From Thermoanaerobaculia bacterium (lineage in GTDB: Bacteria; Acidobacteriota; Thermoanaerobaculia; Gp7-AA8): a DNA stretch of 64,000 nt. The DNA lies in assembly GCA_036001325.1 (NCBI GenBank), contig DASYUK010000375.1, positions 1,616-65,615 of the forward strand, read 5' to 3'. The translations under genes were made by a program, and so were the position numbers. The notes under the pieces were generated by a model. That model was not told where the DNA came from, ran no database searches, and saw only the letters and a program-made list of their open reading frames with translations. Of this stretch, positions 1-9,615 are shown in pieces (positions within the stretch are counted from its first letter, which is position 1; each line of letters begins with the position of its first letter).

Positions 1-2899
1 CTGAAGGGTCGACACCCTCTCCGCGGTCGCGCATCACCACGACGATTCCGCGACTCACTCCCATCGGACCGGCCGCGAAGTAGCGGACTCCGACGTGATA
101 CGTCCCCCGATCGAGGTGTCCGGTGCGGATGACCTCCGGCCCGAGGCCCTGCGTGATGTCCTGATACAGCGTCAGGCCGGAGCGATTCTCCTTGTGGCCG
201 TAGAAGCACTCCTCACCGGCCGGATCGACCACGTGTAGGTCAACGTCATTTGCGTCCGTCTCCCACGCCAGCGACACACGCAGGGCATCGTGACGATCGA
301 GATCGACACGAAACTCGCGGGCGCGCTCGACGATCTCATTGCGCCGTTGCGGTGACTTGCCGAGGATCGTTCGATAAACGTATGCAAGCTCTTCGCGATC
401 GACTCGCTGTGCATCGCCGTACCAGTTCGGGAACGTCTGGCGTGTCGCCGACTCCAGAACGCGCGCCGCTTCTTCCGCACGCCCATCGAGCCACAGCATC
501 AGCGCGAGATGTCGATAGCTGTTGACGCGATCAGGACGCAGCGCGAGTGCGCGGCGGAGCGGCGTCTCGGCGAGTGACGCCCGGCCCACACGCACCAGCA
601 GCAGGCCGGCGCGCTGCAGCAGCTCCGGTTTCGCTCCGGCCACTTCGATGATCGATCCGTACGCTCTCGCGGCCTCGATGCGATTGCCGAGATGTTCGTC
701 GGCGCCGCCGAGGACTTCGTAGACTTGCGGATTCTCGGGGTCGTAAGGCTGCCATGCGAGAGCAAGGCTTCGCAGCTCCTGCCACTGCTCGAGCGCGGCA
801 AGCGCCTCGCTCAACTGGTTGTACAACTCGCGATCGCGCGGATCGCTCTTCAGTGTCCGTTGCAGCGCTTCCACCTGATCACGCGTCGGCAGTTGGCGAT
901 GGATCCATCCTAGATCGGCGCGCTTCTCCTCTTCGCGACGCGGAGGTGGTGGCGCCGTCATCGGCGCAGGTGCCTGCCGCGACACCGTGATGCTTTCCGC
1001 GACTGCATCACGGGCAGCAACGGGCGCCGCCGGGACGGCGACGTTGGACTGCGGAATGGCGCTCAAGACCCCTGTTGTCGCTTTCGCGCTCTTCTGCACC
1101 GCGATCGGCAGCGGTCGCGGTTGCTCGGCTCGCCGATCGATGCGCGCGATGCCGCCGGCGTCGATCGTCAGGATCGCCGCCAGCGCGCGACGATCGAGTC
1201 CGAAGCGCTGGTAATCCCATTCGCTCTCCAGCACGAGCATCGTCGTGCGGGGAATGACGACTCGCTGCTCGACACTGATCCTCACCTGCTCCGTCTGCAA
1301 CGCCTGGCGCACCGCTTCTGATGACTCGTTCGCTTCGCGCTCGGCGAGCGATTCGAGATAGGCGCGATACGCTTCGCGCTCGAGCAGCGGCGCGAAATTG
1401 CTACTCAAGTGGAGGACAGGCGCCCCTGCCTGTCCGCCGAGCCGAGCTCCCACTTCCCCGCCCGCCCGCGTTTTGCCGAGGACGATGACTTCATCGCCCG
1501 GCTGAACGTCGTCGATGTGCGTCGGGTAGAACCATTCGGCTTGAGCGTCGGTGATGTCGAATGAGGCGCCGAGCGGTTTGCGCAAAACCTCGGCCGCGGC
1601 GCGAGCGTCCTGTTCGAGCGAATCTGTGAATGGCACGTGAGCGATGCGGCCGCGACCGGCGGTGAGCGCTTTCGCGACACTCGCCTCCTCGCGCGAACCG
1701 AGGATCAGCGCGTTGATGCGAACACCGGCCGGAATCGCGTGAATCGCGCGGTTCATTTCGTTTGATTCCGTTGCGCCGAGGGTCGCGACAAAGTCGCTCA
1801 CGAACACGATTGCGCGTCCGGAAATCGCCTGTGCCGCGTGTCTCATTGCCGTGGCGAGATCCGTTCCGCCGAGGAAGCGGCGCGCTTCGAGGAGCGGGCG
1901 GATCGAGCGAGACATCTCCGCCGCACTTCCCGATCCGAGAACCGCCACGTCGTGATCGAATGCATTCACCTGGACGCGATCAGACGACGGCAGCGCACCG
2001 AGGATCGTCGTCAGTGCCTCGATGCGGTGGTCGGCGCCCTCGGCACTCGACGCTGATGTATCGATGTAAAAGAGCCAGTCGTGCGACTGCTGTCCGCTTG
2101 ATGCAAGACGAACAGTCGGACGAAACGAAGCGAGATAAAAATCGCCGGCGGTGAGCACGCGCGCCGCCGCATCAGCCTCAGAACGCCACGAGAGCGCGAT
2201 ATCGCGTGCCGGCGTGTAATCGTGCTCATCGAGAGAGTAGACGTCGGTTGTGTTGTGAGTCAGTTCTGATTGCGTCGACGCTTCGCCGGACAGAGGTGAG
2301 ACAAACGCGCGAAATGTGAAGTGCTCCACATGCGAGATCCCGCGCAGCGGGAGCGTGTACGTCCGTACGCCATCGCGCAGCGGCAGGAGGGCCGAGTACG
2401 ACAGGAGGATGCGCACGGACGCATTGGCCTCGATCGGGAAAATGCGCGCTGAGAAGCGGTTGCCCTGATCCTGCTCGAGCAGCGCGGGATCTCGCATCTG
2501 ATGCAGAAACTGCTCGTACACCTGATTCGCGCGAAGCCGCTCGACGACTTCGCCTTCCATCAATTGACCGTTCACTTCCTTCGCGAAGCGGCTGATCGCC
2601 GCATTGGGCGGAAGCGTGCAGGCGAAGCGGCCTTCGATGCGCCGCGGCTTGGGATTACGAAACCGGAACTCGAGCTCCGTGAGCGAGAGCATTCCGTGAA
2701 TGGCCGCGCGCGCGGAAAGTTGCTCGAGGATCAGCTCCTGCCCGTCGGCATCCGAAAGAGAAATCGGCGCGCTACTCTGTGGAGCGCCGCCGCCCCCGGC
2801 GGCGATTTTCTTCTGCGGCTGTGCTGCGCTGAGCAGACAAACCGCCGCCCCGAGAACCAACGCAGCCGTGAGCGCGAGTGAGCGTGAATACGATTGCAT
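1..2899 (-). CDS. Large secreted multidomain protein: signal peptide, VIT-like domain, von Willebrand factor A domain, TPR repeats and a C-terminal DUF2135-like domain; C-terminus lies beyond the window start
   Basis: I translated the minus strand by hand from the ATG at 2897-2899 as one uninterrupted frame to position 1; it is absent from the ORF track because it runs off the edge. N-terminus MQSYSRSLALTAALVLGAAV is a signal peptide. VIT-like segment TELEFRFRNPKPRRIEGRFACTLPPNAAISRF. VWA-like LFYIDTSASS. TPR-like helical repeats in the middle. C-terminal block DVDLHVVDPAGEECFYGHKENRSGLTLYQDITQGLGPE is typical of DUF2135 in VIT-VWA proteins. Confidence 0.7.
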   Translation of the reverse strand, partial: MQSYSRSLALTAALVLGAAVCLLSAAQPQKKIAAGGGGAPQSSAPISLSDADGQELILEQLSARAAIHGMLSLTELEFRFRNPKPRRIEGRFACTLPPNAAISRFAKEVNGQLMEGEVVERLRANQVYEQFLHQMRDPALLEQDQGNRFSARIFPIEANASVRILLSYSALLPLRDGVRTYTLPLRGISHVEHFTFRAFVSPLSGEASTQSELTHNTTDVYSLDEHDYTPARDIALSWRSEADAAARVLTAGDFYLASFRPTVRLASSGQQSHDWLFYIDTSASSAEGADHRIEALTTILGALPSSDRVQVNAFDHDVAVLGSGSAAEMSRSIRPLLEARRFLGGTDLATAMRHAAQAISGRAIVFVSDFVATLGATESNEMNRAIHAIPAGVRINALILGSREEASVAKALTAGRGRIAHVPFTDSLEQDARAAAEVLRKPLGASFDITDAQAEWFYPTHIDDVQPGDEVIVLGKTRAGGEVGARLGGQAGAPVLHLSSNFAPLLEREAYRAYLESLAEREANESSEAVRQALQTEQVRISVEQRVVIPRTTMLVLESEWDYQRFGLDRRALAAILTIDAGGIARIDRRAEQPRPLPIAVQKSAKATTGVLSAIPQSNVAVPAAPVAARDAVAESITVSRQAPAPMTAPPPPRREEEKRADLGWIHRQLPTRDQVEALQRTLKSDPRDRELYNQLSEALAALEQWQELRSLALAWQPYDPENPQVYEVLGGADEHLGNRIEAARAYGSIIEVAGAKPELLQRAGLLLVRVGRASLAETPLRRALALRPDRVNSYRHLALMLWLDGRAEEAARVLESATRQTFPNWYGDAQRVDREELAYVYRTILGKSPQRRNEIVERAREFRVDLDRHDALRVSLAWETDANDVDLHVVDPAGEECFYGHKENRSGLTLYQDITQGLGPEVIRTGHLDRGTYHVGVRYFAAGPMGVSRGIVVVMRDRGEGVDPS

Positions 2900-2949
2900 C
2901 GACTTCCTCCACGACATTGGACACGGCCACGTCGCTAGAGGAAACCGCT

Positions 2950-3971
2950 TCAGTGCTTGACTGCGCGCCGCCTCGACGGAAGGCGCGACGGCTGCCAGCC
3001 GAGCTGCACGACCTCGAAGTCGCCGGCTTTCAGGGCCGCGAAGGCCGGATTGAGCAGATCGTTGTCCCAGCGCGCGTCATACGTCCCGCTCACGTACATG
3101 TCGCTGCCGTTGTCGGCGACGATCAGGCCGTAAGTTTTCATCGCCTGAAAGATTTTGCGCAACGGCTCGGCGAACGACGAGAGGTCTTGGATGCTTTCAG
3201 GCGCAAGCGGGCACCCATCGGCAACGCCCCCGCGGTATCTCCCGCTCGATGCGAGGCCGGATACACGTAGCCGTTTGAGGAACGCACCGTGACGCGAAAC
3301 GCGTGACGGATCGGATCGGGACCGTAGACCTCGTCGTAGCGAACAAGGCCCGGCAGGATCGCCAAGCCTGCTGCATCAGCACTGGTCCAGCCTTCAGGCC
3401 GGCGGCTGTTCGAGTCGAGAAGAAACACGGCGCCCGATCCCGCTTCCCACCGCGAGCCGCTCCAGTGCAGGGCGTACAGTTCATAGAGCAATCGATTGTC
3501 GCGATCGATGATCAGCATGTGCCGATCACCTTCGGCGCGCGGATCGTTTCCGGCGAGACCGCCCTCGATCCATTTCTGCTGCGTCTTGGCCTCTTCGGGA
3601 ATCGGATAACCGGGCGGGCGGCCGGGAGCGCCGATGTCGCTCTCATCGTCGTAATCGAAGGTGACGGGAACGAGCGGCTGCGTCGCCGAGACGGCGATGT
3701 ACGGCATTCCGTAGATCGGAGCGTCGGCGTCGCCGCTGTCGCCACCGAAGTCAGGATGCAACCCCCGCGACACGCCGATGAACGAAACGAGCGCAGCGCT
3801 CGCTGGATCGACTGGCGCGCCACTGATGTCGGTATTCCACCAGTTGTCAGGGGGAAAGAGCGGCAACGGAGATGGGAGCTCGCCGCCGCGCGCAGGTGTC
3901 TGCGCAAGGGCTGCGACCGCGAGCGAAAAAGCAAGCAGCGCGACGGCGATTCTCACGGGCATCCCGATCAC
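2950..3971 (-). pseudogene. Secreted hypothetical protein split over two frames (ORF 3138..3971 plus ORF 2950..3162); an apparent frameshift near 3190-3210 (authentic pseudogene or sequence error)
   Basis: ORF 3138..3971 has signal peptide MIGMPVRIAVALLAFSLAVAALAQ and ends ...ALPMGARLRLKAS followed by a junk tail. The neighbouring frame, open upstream of 3162, reads ...IQDLSSFAEPLRKIFQAMKTYGLIVADNGSDMYVSGTYDARWDNDLLNPAFAALKAGDFEVVQLGW, a natural continuation. My hand translation shows both frames open across about 3140-3290. Confidence 0.5.
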
Positions 3972-3976
3972 AGGTT

Positions 3977-4318
3977 CTACGCGCCTCTCGCCGCTTTGAT
4001 CAGCGCCTCCATATGATTGAGGTATCGCTCGAACGCGCGCCGTCCCGCGGCCGTGAGCGAATACTCAGTCTTCGGCATGCGGCCCTCGAATGATTTCTTG
4101 CAGGTGAGGTAATTCGCCTCTTCGAGCTTTCGCGTATGAACGCTGACATTGCCATCCGTCGTCTTCAGAATGCTTTTCAGCTCATTGAATGTGAGGCTTT
4201 GATTGGCGGCCAGCGCGCTGACGATCGCCAGCCGTGTCTTTTCGTGAATGAGTCGATCGAAATCGGGGATTTTCGTCTCGACGGGTTGACGACGTGCCGC
4301 CGCTGCTTTAGCCGCCAT
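3977..4318 (-). CDS. Winged helix-turn-helix transcriptional regulator (small, 113 aa)
   Basis: LAIVSALAANQSLTFNELKSILKTTDGNVSVHTRKLEEANYLTCKKSFEGRMPKTEYSLTAAGRRAFERYLNHM has the pattern of an HTH plus beta-wing. It overlaps the upstream membrane-protein gene by 11 nt (operon-like). Confidence 0.55.
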   Translation of the reverse strand: MAAKAAAARRQPVETKIPDFDRLIHEKTRLAIVSALAANQSLTFNELKSILKTTDGNVSVHTRKLEEANYLTCKKSFEGRMPKTEYSLTAAGRRAFERYLNHMEALIKAARGA

Positions 4319-4898
4319 AGCTCCTCGCGATGATGGTGCCGAAGGTCATGTGCAGGACGCCGAAGCCGGCGCCCAGGAGAATGTTTCCGACGGACAGGGG
4401 AACGAAACAGGCGGCGATGCCGAGGATCATGAAGCAGATTCCCATCACTGGAACGACGCGGATGGAGAACGCGCCGCTGCTGATGAACGACGCGCCGTAG
4501 AGAAGCAACCAGACCGCCGGAAGCGGGGCGAACATGTTGGCGCGGATCAGTGCGAGCGTGATCAGCGCTCCGGCGATCAGCGGTGCGCTGTACGAGATGA
4601 AAAAGCGTCGCGCTGGCGCTGCCGTGAACGACACACTCGCGCGCCGCGCCTTTCGAAACATCGTGAACACGGCGATGATCACCGCGACGACCGCTTCGAT
4701 CAGCCAGCTAACGACCCACAGCCGCGGTTGAACTGCATAGCGCGACGCGTACACCGACGTCGCGAGCGCCGTCACGCCAATCGCAAACCCGCCCCAACCC
4801 GGAATCGAGGTGAAGGCGGTGGCGCGCTCCATCGCATCGCGGATGTAGCGGATGTTGTGGAGCGCGTGTTCATGAAGCGCGTCGCTCACGGCGAGCAT
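4308..4898 (-). CDS. Integral membrane protein, hypothetical (about 5 TM helices)
   Basis: Hydrophobic segments GFAIGVTALATSVYA, WLIEAVVAVIIAVFTMF, PLIAGALITLALI, VWLLLYGASFISSGAF, VMGICFMILGIAACFV. Co-oriented with and overlapping the wHTH regulator gene. Confidence 0.55.
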   Translation of the reverse strand: MLAVSDALHEHALHNIRYIRDAMERATAFTSIPGWGGFAIGVTALATSVYASRYAVQPRLWVVSWLIEAVVAVIIAVFTMFRKARRASVSFTAAPARRFFISYSAPLIAGALITLALIRANMFAPLPAVWLLLYGASFISSGAFSIRVVPVMGICFMILGIAACFVPLSVGNILLGAGFGVLHMTFGTIIARSYGG

Positions 4899-4908
4899 GG
4901 TACGCCAG

Positions 4909-6360
4909 CTAGCGACGCCCTACCGAACGCCGGCGCGCCCGGCCGGTGAACCTCTCGAGGACGTTGCGCGTGATCTGTTGCGCGGCCGGACTGATCCACC
5001 CGCCCGGCGGGGTCGGCGATTCGCGCGTGCCGGTGTCATCGAGCCCGTACGCCCACTCCATCGAGCCCGTGCTGAAGACATACGCGCCGCTCACCGCCTG
5101 GTAGATCGTCATGTCCGAGTAGTCAGTGATCCCGTTGTTGTTGAAGGGAGAATGCGCGAGGCGGATCGTGCCGGAAGGAAAGGCGCTGAACATTCGGTCG
5201 ACCTCGTAGCCAAGGAGTCCGGAAAGGTGGTCACCAGGCTTGAGTCCGGTGTTCATGAAGACCCAGTGCGAGGTGTTCTCGACGACGATGTCGCCGGTGA
5301 CCGCCCCGTTGTGAAACGTCCACATGCTACCGATCAGCATCTCTTCGGGAAGATTGATCGGAGGATTGCGCCACAGGGTCGTGACGAGGTAGTCGTTGGT
5401 CGGATCGCCGTCCTTGGCAATCGGATCGCTCGAGAGCGCGCTTTCTTTGTATCCGACGATCGTGCGGTTCGGCTGCCCTTTCGAATCGGTCTCGAGACGA
5501 ATCTGCCAATAGCTGGTATTCGATGACAGGAAGGCGAGATTCACCCCGCGATCGCGCGCGCGCTCGACGTTGCGACGCATCTCATATGACCAGTACTCGT
5601 CGTGGCCCACCGATAAGAACGCGCGATGACGCAGAAGCGTGTCGGGTTGCGCGTGCGTGTCGATATTCGTGCAGTACGTCACGTCATAGCCTTCGCGCTC
5701 GAGAAAACGAATGGTTGGGTATTCCCAACGCTGAAACTCGGTGAAGCCCGCGCCTGCGCCGTAGGGCCGATCGAACGAGACCTTCGCCGCCTGCGGTCCG
5801 GTGCTGTTGAACGGATAGAGCGACTTCCCGCCCCAGCCGTTGTACGCATTCATCGTCGTGACGCTCGACTGGAACAGAAGACCCGACGCTCGCGCATCAT
5901 CGCGAACGACGAACATGATCCAGTTCTGCTGCCCGCCGGGCTGCGCCGTCAGCTTCGCGATATACACACCGCTCACCCAGTCGTTGGGAATCGTGATCGT
6001 GTACGGATCGGTCCACTGACATTCAATCAGACCGGTGACTGGATCGGGTGTCGGGACCGGCTGCATATGTCCCGCGATATCGTCGGCATCGAACACGCGT
6101 CTGCCGCCCAAACCGCCGTACCATCCCATGCGAAAGACATCGATGTCGAAGGTCTGTGCCGTTGTCGAGACGTAGAAGCTGATCGATCCGCCGACGTTGA
6201 CGCTCGTCAACGACGCGTAGCCTTCGATGTCGGTCGAGCGACCGGCGGCCAGCTTCCACGCCGATGTGCCGGGCCGAGCGTTCTCGTCCTGGATCGGATT
6301 ACCGAGGACGGTAGAGGCGATGAAGATCGCGAGGATGAAGGCGTGGCGCACGAAGCACAC
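4909..6360 (-). CDS. Secreted hypothetical protein (483 aa); distant, unverified resemblance to N,N-dimethylformamidase large-subunit-like proteins
   Basis: Long GC3-rich ORF. N-terminal signal peptide MCFVRHAFILAIFIASTVLG. No motif I can assign firmly. Confidence 0.55.
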   Translation of the reverse strand: MCFVRHAFILAIFIASTVLGNPIQDENARPGTSAWKLAAGRSTDIEGYASLTSVNVGGSISFYVSTTAQTFDIDVFRMGWYGGLGGRRVFDADDIAGHMQPVPTPDPVTGLIECQWTDPYTITIPNDWVSGVYIAKLTAQPGGQQNWIMFVVRDDARASGLLFQSSVTTMNAYNGWGGKSLYPFNSTGPQAAKVSFDRPYGAGAGFTEFQRWEYPTIRFLEREGYDVTYCTNIDTHAQPDTLLRHRAFLSVGHDEYWSYEMRRNVERARDRGVNLAFLSSNTSYWQIRLETDSKGQPNRTIVGYKESALSSDPIAKDGDPTNDYLVTTLWRNPPINLPEEMLIGSMWTFHNGAVTGDIVVENTSHWVFMNTGLKPGDHLSGLLGYEVDRMFSAFPSGTIRLAHSPFNNNGITDYSDMTIYQAVSGAYVFSTGSMEWAYGLDDTGTRESPTPPGGWISPAAQQITRNVLERFTGRARRRSVGRR

Positions 6361-6378
6361 CGCAGCAAACGAGATGCC

Positions 6379-7728
6379 CTAGTGATGCGCGCTGCGGCGC
6401 TTGTTCACCGAAGATTCAACCTGCACCGTGAGCGTCGTCTCGTTCGCGATCGTGCCGCTCGTCATGCGGATCTTCAGCCGATACTGTCCCGGCGCGGCGT
6501 TCGCGTTCGGCGTCAGGGTTAGCACCGCCGGCGCTCCGACGCGCGCGGTCGTAGTGACCGAAAGGCTGCCGGGAAACGCGTCGATCTGCTGCACGGCGAC
6601 ATCCGCGATGCCGCTCCAGCCATTGATCGATGTGACCGCGTAGATCACCTGCGACTGCTGTCCCGCTTTCGCCACGAGTACGGTCGGACCGGCGATGACG
6701 AAGTTGCCCGCCACCGGCGTGCCGCCGCTCGATGATGAATTGTGCAGCCGTGCCACGTCGGTCCAGATCGCGGGATCCTCGCCGCCGGCGCGCCAATGTG
6801 CGAAGCCGCCGATCTGCGGATGTTTCTTCAGAATCGCATCGACCTTCTTCGCGTAGCTCGACGAGTCCTGGAAGTACACTGTGCGACCGCTGTAGGCGAA
6901 TGTCGCCTCGCCGTTCGCGTCGTACGCGATCTGCGCGCCGACGCGTTGCGCCAGCGCGACCGCTTCGCTGTACACGAGATCCGTCGCGTTCGTCCCCTGC
7001 CAATCGTAGCCATACCACGGCAGACCCATAATGATCTTCTGCGCCGGCATGGTCGCCTCGGCATACGTCGCGATGTTGTCGAGCCAATTGAGCGGCGCGA
7101 TCGCCCCCGCGGCGCTTCCGTCCCAATGATTGTCGTACGCCATGATCTTGACGGTATCGGCGGCCGCGCCGATCGCACGCCAATCCTCACCAGCGGGGCC
7201 GCTCCAGTTGTCGGCGTCGCTCGTCTTCGCACTCACAGTCACCGAGAGCTTCTTTCCCGCTCCATGAAGTTTCTGCGCGAGAAGCTGCACGAACAGAGTG
7301 AAGTTCGGCCTGGCCGCCGCGTTCATGCTCTCGTAGTCGATGTCGATCCCCTCGTACGCGTTCTGCACCACGAGCTGCGTCAGCGCCTCGGCGTGCTTCT
7401 CGCGGAGTGTCGGTGAGCCGACGACGTTCGCCACCAGGTTGCCGTCGAACTTTCCGCCGACGTAGTTCTTGATCGTGGGAACGAGATCGATGCCGGCGAG
7501 CGCGGCGCGCATGTCGGCCGCTTCGGCGTTGGAGTTCTTCGTGACACCGCCGTCGGCTGCGATCGTGTACCAGCCCGGATTCGCTTCATCGAGCTTTCCG
7601 GCGTTCGACTGCATCGAAGCGAGCGCCTTGCTGTCCCAGGCGGGGACCCAGGCGGACATTCGATACGCGTGCGACGGAATCGCGACGGCGAGCAGTACAA
7701 CTGAGAGCCAACCGGCTCGTGACCGCAT
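6379..7728 (-). CDS. Glycoside hydrolase family 18 (chitinase-like) with a C-terminal Ig-like/beta-sandwich domain, secreted
   Basis: Signal peptide MRSRAGWLSVVLLAVAIPSHA. GH18 catalytic motif EGIDIDYE (DxxDxDxE) and MAYDNHWDG. C-terminal ~100 aa are beta-rich (VIAGPTVLVAKAGQQSQVIYAVTSINGWSG...). Confidence 0.75.
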   Translation of the reverse strand: MRSRAGWLSVVLLAVAIPSHAYRMSAWVPAWDSKALASMQSNAGKLDEANPGWYTIAADGGVTKNSNAEAADMRAALAGIDLVPTIKNYVGGKFDGNLVANVVGSPTLREKHAEALTQLVVQNAYEGIDIDYESMNAAARPNFTLFVQLLAQKLHGAGKKLSVTVSAKTSDADNWSGPAGEDWRAIGAAADTVKIMAYDNHWDGSAAGAIAPLNWLDNIATYAEATMPAQKIIMGLPWYGYDWQGTNATDLVYSEAVALAQRVGAQIAYDANGEATFAYSGRTVYFQDSSSYAKKVDAILKKHPQIGGFAHWRAGGEDPAIWTDVARLHNSSSSGGTPVAGNFVIAGPTVLVAKAGQQSQVIYAVTSINGWSGIADVAVQQIDAFPGSLSVTTTARVGAPAVLTLTPNANAAPGQYRLKIRMTSGTIANETTLTVQVESSVNKRRSAHH

Positions 7729-7897
7729 GAAGAGTTCTCCCTGCGATCACGAGGCTGTTCACGTTCGGCAGCCCGGCCATCTGAGTAAGTCCAGATCCGT
7801 CGGCTTTGCGCCCCTGCGTCGCCGCAGGTTTGCCCTTATCGTGTGATCGCTTGTTGTAGGACCTTCAACGTGGCGCCGGGCTGTTTTATTCGTAGTT

Positions 7898-8590
7898 TCA
7901 GCCGCCTGCAAGCTCAGCTATTGCAGCACGATCCACGAACCACCAGCTTTCGAGCTCTGCCGTGGCGCGTACGACCGGATGGTCGACGCCGCGACGTACA
8001 TCCTCGATGATCGGCCTCTTCGATGCCCCTGCGGCGAGGATCATGCGCAGTGCGGCATCGCGAATGACCGGCAGCGTGATCGTGACGCGCCACTGATTCA
8101 ATCGCGGCACGAAGACTTCTGCGGCGATGCGATCACTCACCTCCAGCACAGGAGTTCCCGGAAAGAGCGACGCAGTATGTCCGTCGTCTCCGACGCCGAG
8201 GAGCACGATGTCGAGCTTGTCGATGCCGAGGCGCCGCCACTCCGATTCGAATTCGCGCGCGGTCGCGGCGGGATCGTTCCGCTCCGTCTTGAAACGGAGG
8301 AACTGATGACCGCGCGCCAGGCCGTCGCGAAACAGCGTGCGCTCGATCATGCCCGCGTTCGACTGCGGATCGCCGATCGGGACGTAGCGTTCATCGACAA
8401 CGACCCACGTGATCTGTCTCTTCGCGAGCTCGTCTCGATAGGTGGAACCGAGGAGGTCGTAGAGCGGTTTGGGCGTCGAGCCGCCGGAGAGCGCGATGGC
8501 TGTTCGCTCTTTCGCTCCCGCACGCTGCACGATGGTTTCAGCGGACGCGCGGACGAGATCGTCGAGCGTGTCGAAGATGCGGAGGTTCAC
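7898..8590 (-). CDS. pgl: 6-phosphogluconolactonase
   Basis: SGGSTP and GVGDDGHTASLFPG motifs. Last gene of the zwf-opcA-pgl arrangement. Its start overlaps the opcA stop by 4 nt. Confidence 0.85.
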   Translation of the reverse strand: MNLRIFDTLDDLVRASAETIVQRAGAKERTAIALSGGSTPKPLYDLLGSTYRDELAKRQITWVVVDERYVPIGDPQSNAGMIERTLFRDGLARGHQFLRFKTERNDPAATAREFESEWRRLGIDKLDIVLLGVGDDGHTASLFPGTPVLEVSDRIAAEVFVPRLNQWRVTITLPVIRDAALRMILAAGASKRPIIEDVRRGVDHPVVRATAELESWWFVDRAAIAELAGG

Positions 8591-9615
8591 GCGACGCGGC
8601 TCGCCAGCTCCGTCGCAATCGGCAGAAGCTTGACAAAGACCTTATCCGCCTCCGGCCGTTTCAATTGCCGCACGATCAGCTCATGCGTTCCGCGTCCGAG
8701 GACGCGCGTGACGCAGTCGACCTTTTGCGCGATTCCGTCGACGGTGGCGATGACGACGCCGTGCTTGGGGTCGCGCGTGATCGACGCTTCGGAACCGTCG
8801 TCGAAGGCCATGTGTACCTGGTCGAGAGCGCCGTTCTCCTCATCCTTCCGGAGCGAGAATTCGTAATCGCTCACTGCAGCGCCCTGCGCCTTCAACCACG
8901 CCGCGTAATAAAGCGATTCGATCGAATCGCCGAAGAGCTTCTTCGCGCCGCCGATGGCGACGATTCGCAGCTTGCGAATTTTCTGCAGGCGCTCCCGCAT
9001 CGACGGCGGATCGAAGAGCGACGCCGTGGCGAGACGCCAATCCTCGAGTCGAACCCAATTCAGGTCGGCGGGGGCGGTGAAGGTGCGCTCAGCGATCTCG
9101 CGCAACCACACGAGATCGGCAACGGAATCGAAATGCGATGAGTCGACGATGAGCCGGTCCGCCGGATCGAGCAACGTCTCCACATACGCGTGCTCCTCGT
9201 TCGGCAGATCGCCCACCCACCACACCGCCACCGGCATGTCGGGGATCAGCAGCGCATTGACGAGCGGCGGAATGTGCCGCACGCGATTTCCGCCGGCGAC
9301 GATCGCCACCTCTTCCGAGCAGACCTGCTTCTCGGCGCCGACGCGATGGCAGTTCGCGCTGATCCACGATGCGATCTCCGACGGGCCGTGCAAGTCGGCG
9401 CGGATGACGATGGCGCGCTGCGGCACCGACTCACTCGCTCGCGCGAGCGTCTCGCTGGCAAACGAGTGATCGCGCGGATTGAACGTGTGCGTGACTACGT
9501 TCCACAGCGCCGCGCGCGTAACCGCGCCTTCGGTGTCCTTCTCACTGCGCCACAACTCGGCAAGCTTCTTCTCGATCGCCGAATAGTCGATCGAGACTTC
9601 TTCGGTTGCAGTCAC
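8587..9615 (-). CDS. opcA: Glucose-6-phosphate dehydrogenase assembly protein OpcA
   Basis: Lies between zwf and pgl. VSIDYSAIEKKLAELWRSEKD resembles the OpcA N-terminus. I place the start at a GTG overlapping the zwf TGA stop (GTGA), preceded by GGAGGAG, rather than the track start at 9750, which would overlap zwf by 139 nt. Confidence 0.65.
   Translation of the reverse strand: MTATEEVSIDYSAIEKKLAELWRSEKDTEGAVTRAALWNVVTHTFNPRDHSFASETLARASESVPQRAIVIRADLHGPSEIASWISANCHRVGAEKQVCSEEVAIVAGGNRVRHIPPLVNALLIPDMPVAVWWVGDLPNEEHAYVETLLDPADRLIVDSSHFDSVADLVWLREIAERTFTAPADLNWVRLEDWRLATASLFDPPSMRERLQKIRKLRIVAIGGAKKLFGDSIESLYYAAWLKAQGAAVSDYEFSLRKDEENGALDQVHMAFDDGSEASITRDPKHGVVIATVDGIAQKVDCVTRVLGRGTHELIVRQLKRPEADKVFVKLLPIATELASRVA

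Noticed and set aside
6416-7183. 255-aa minus-strand ORF overlapping the GH18 gene in another frame
   Set aside because: The GH18 frame carries the DxxDxDxE motif and signal peptide; this frame is R/G-rich with no features.
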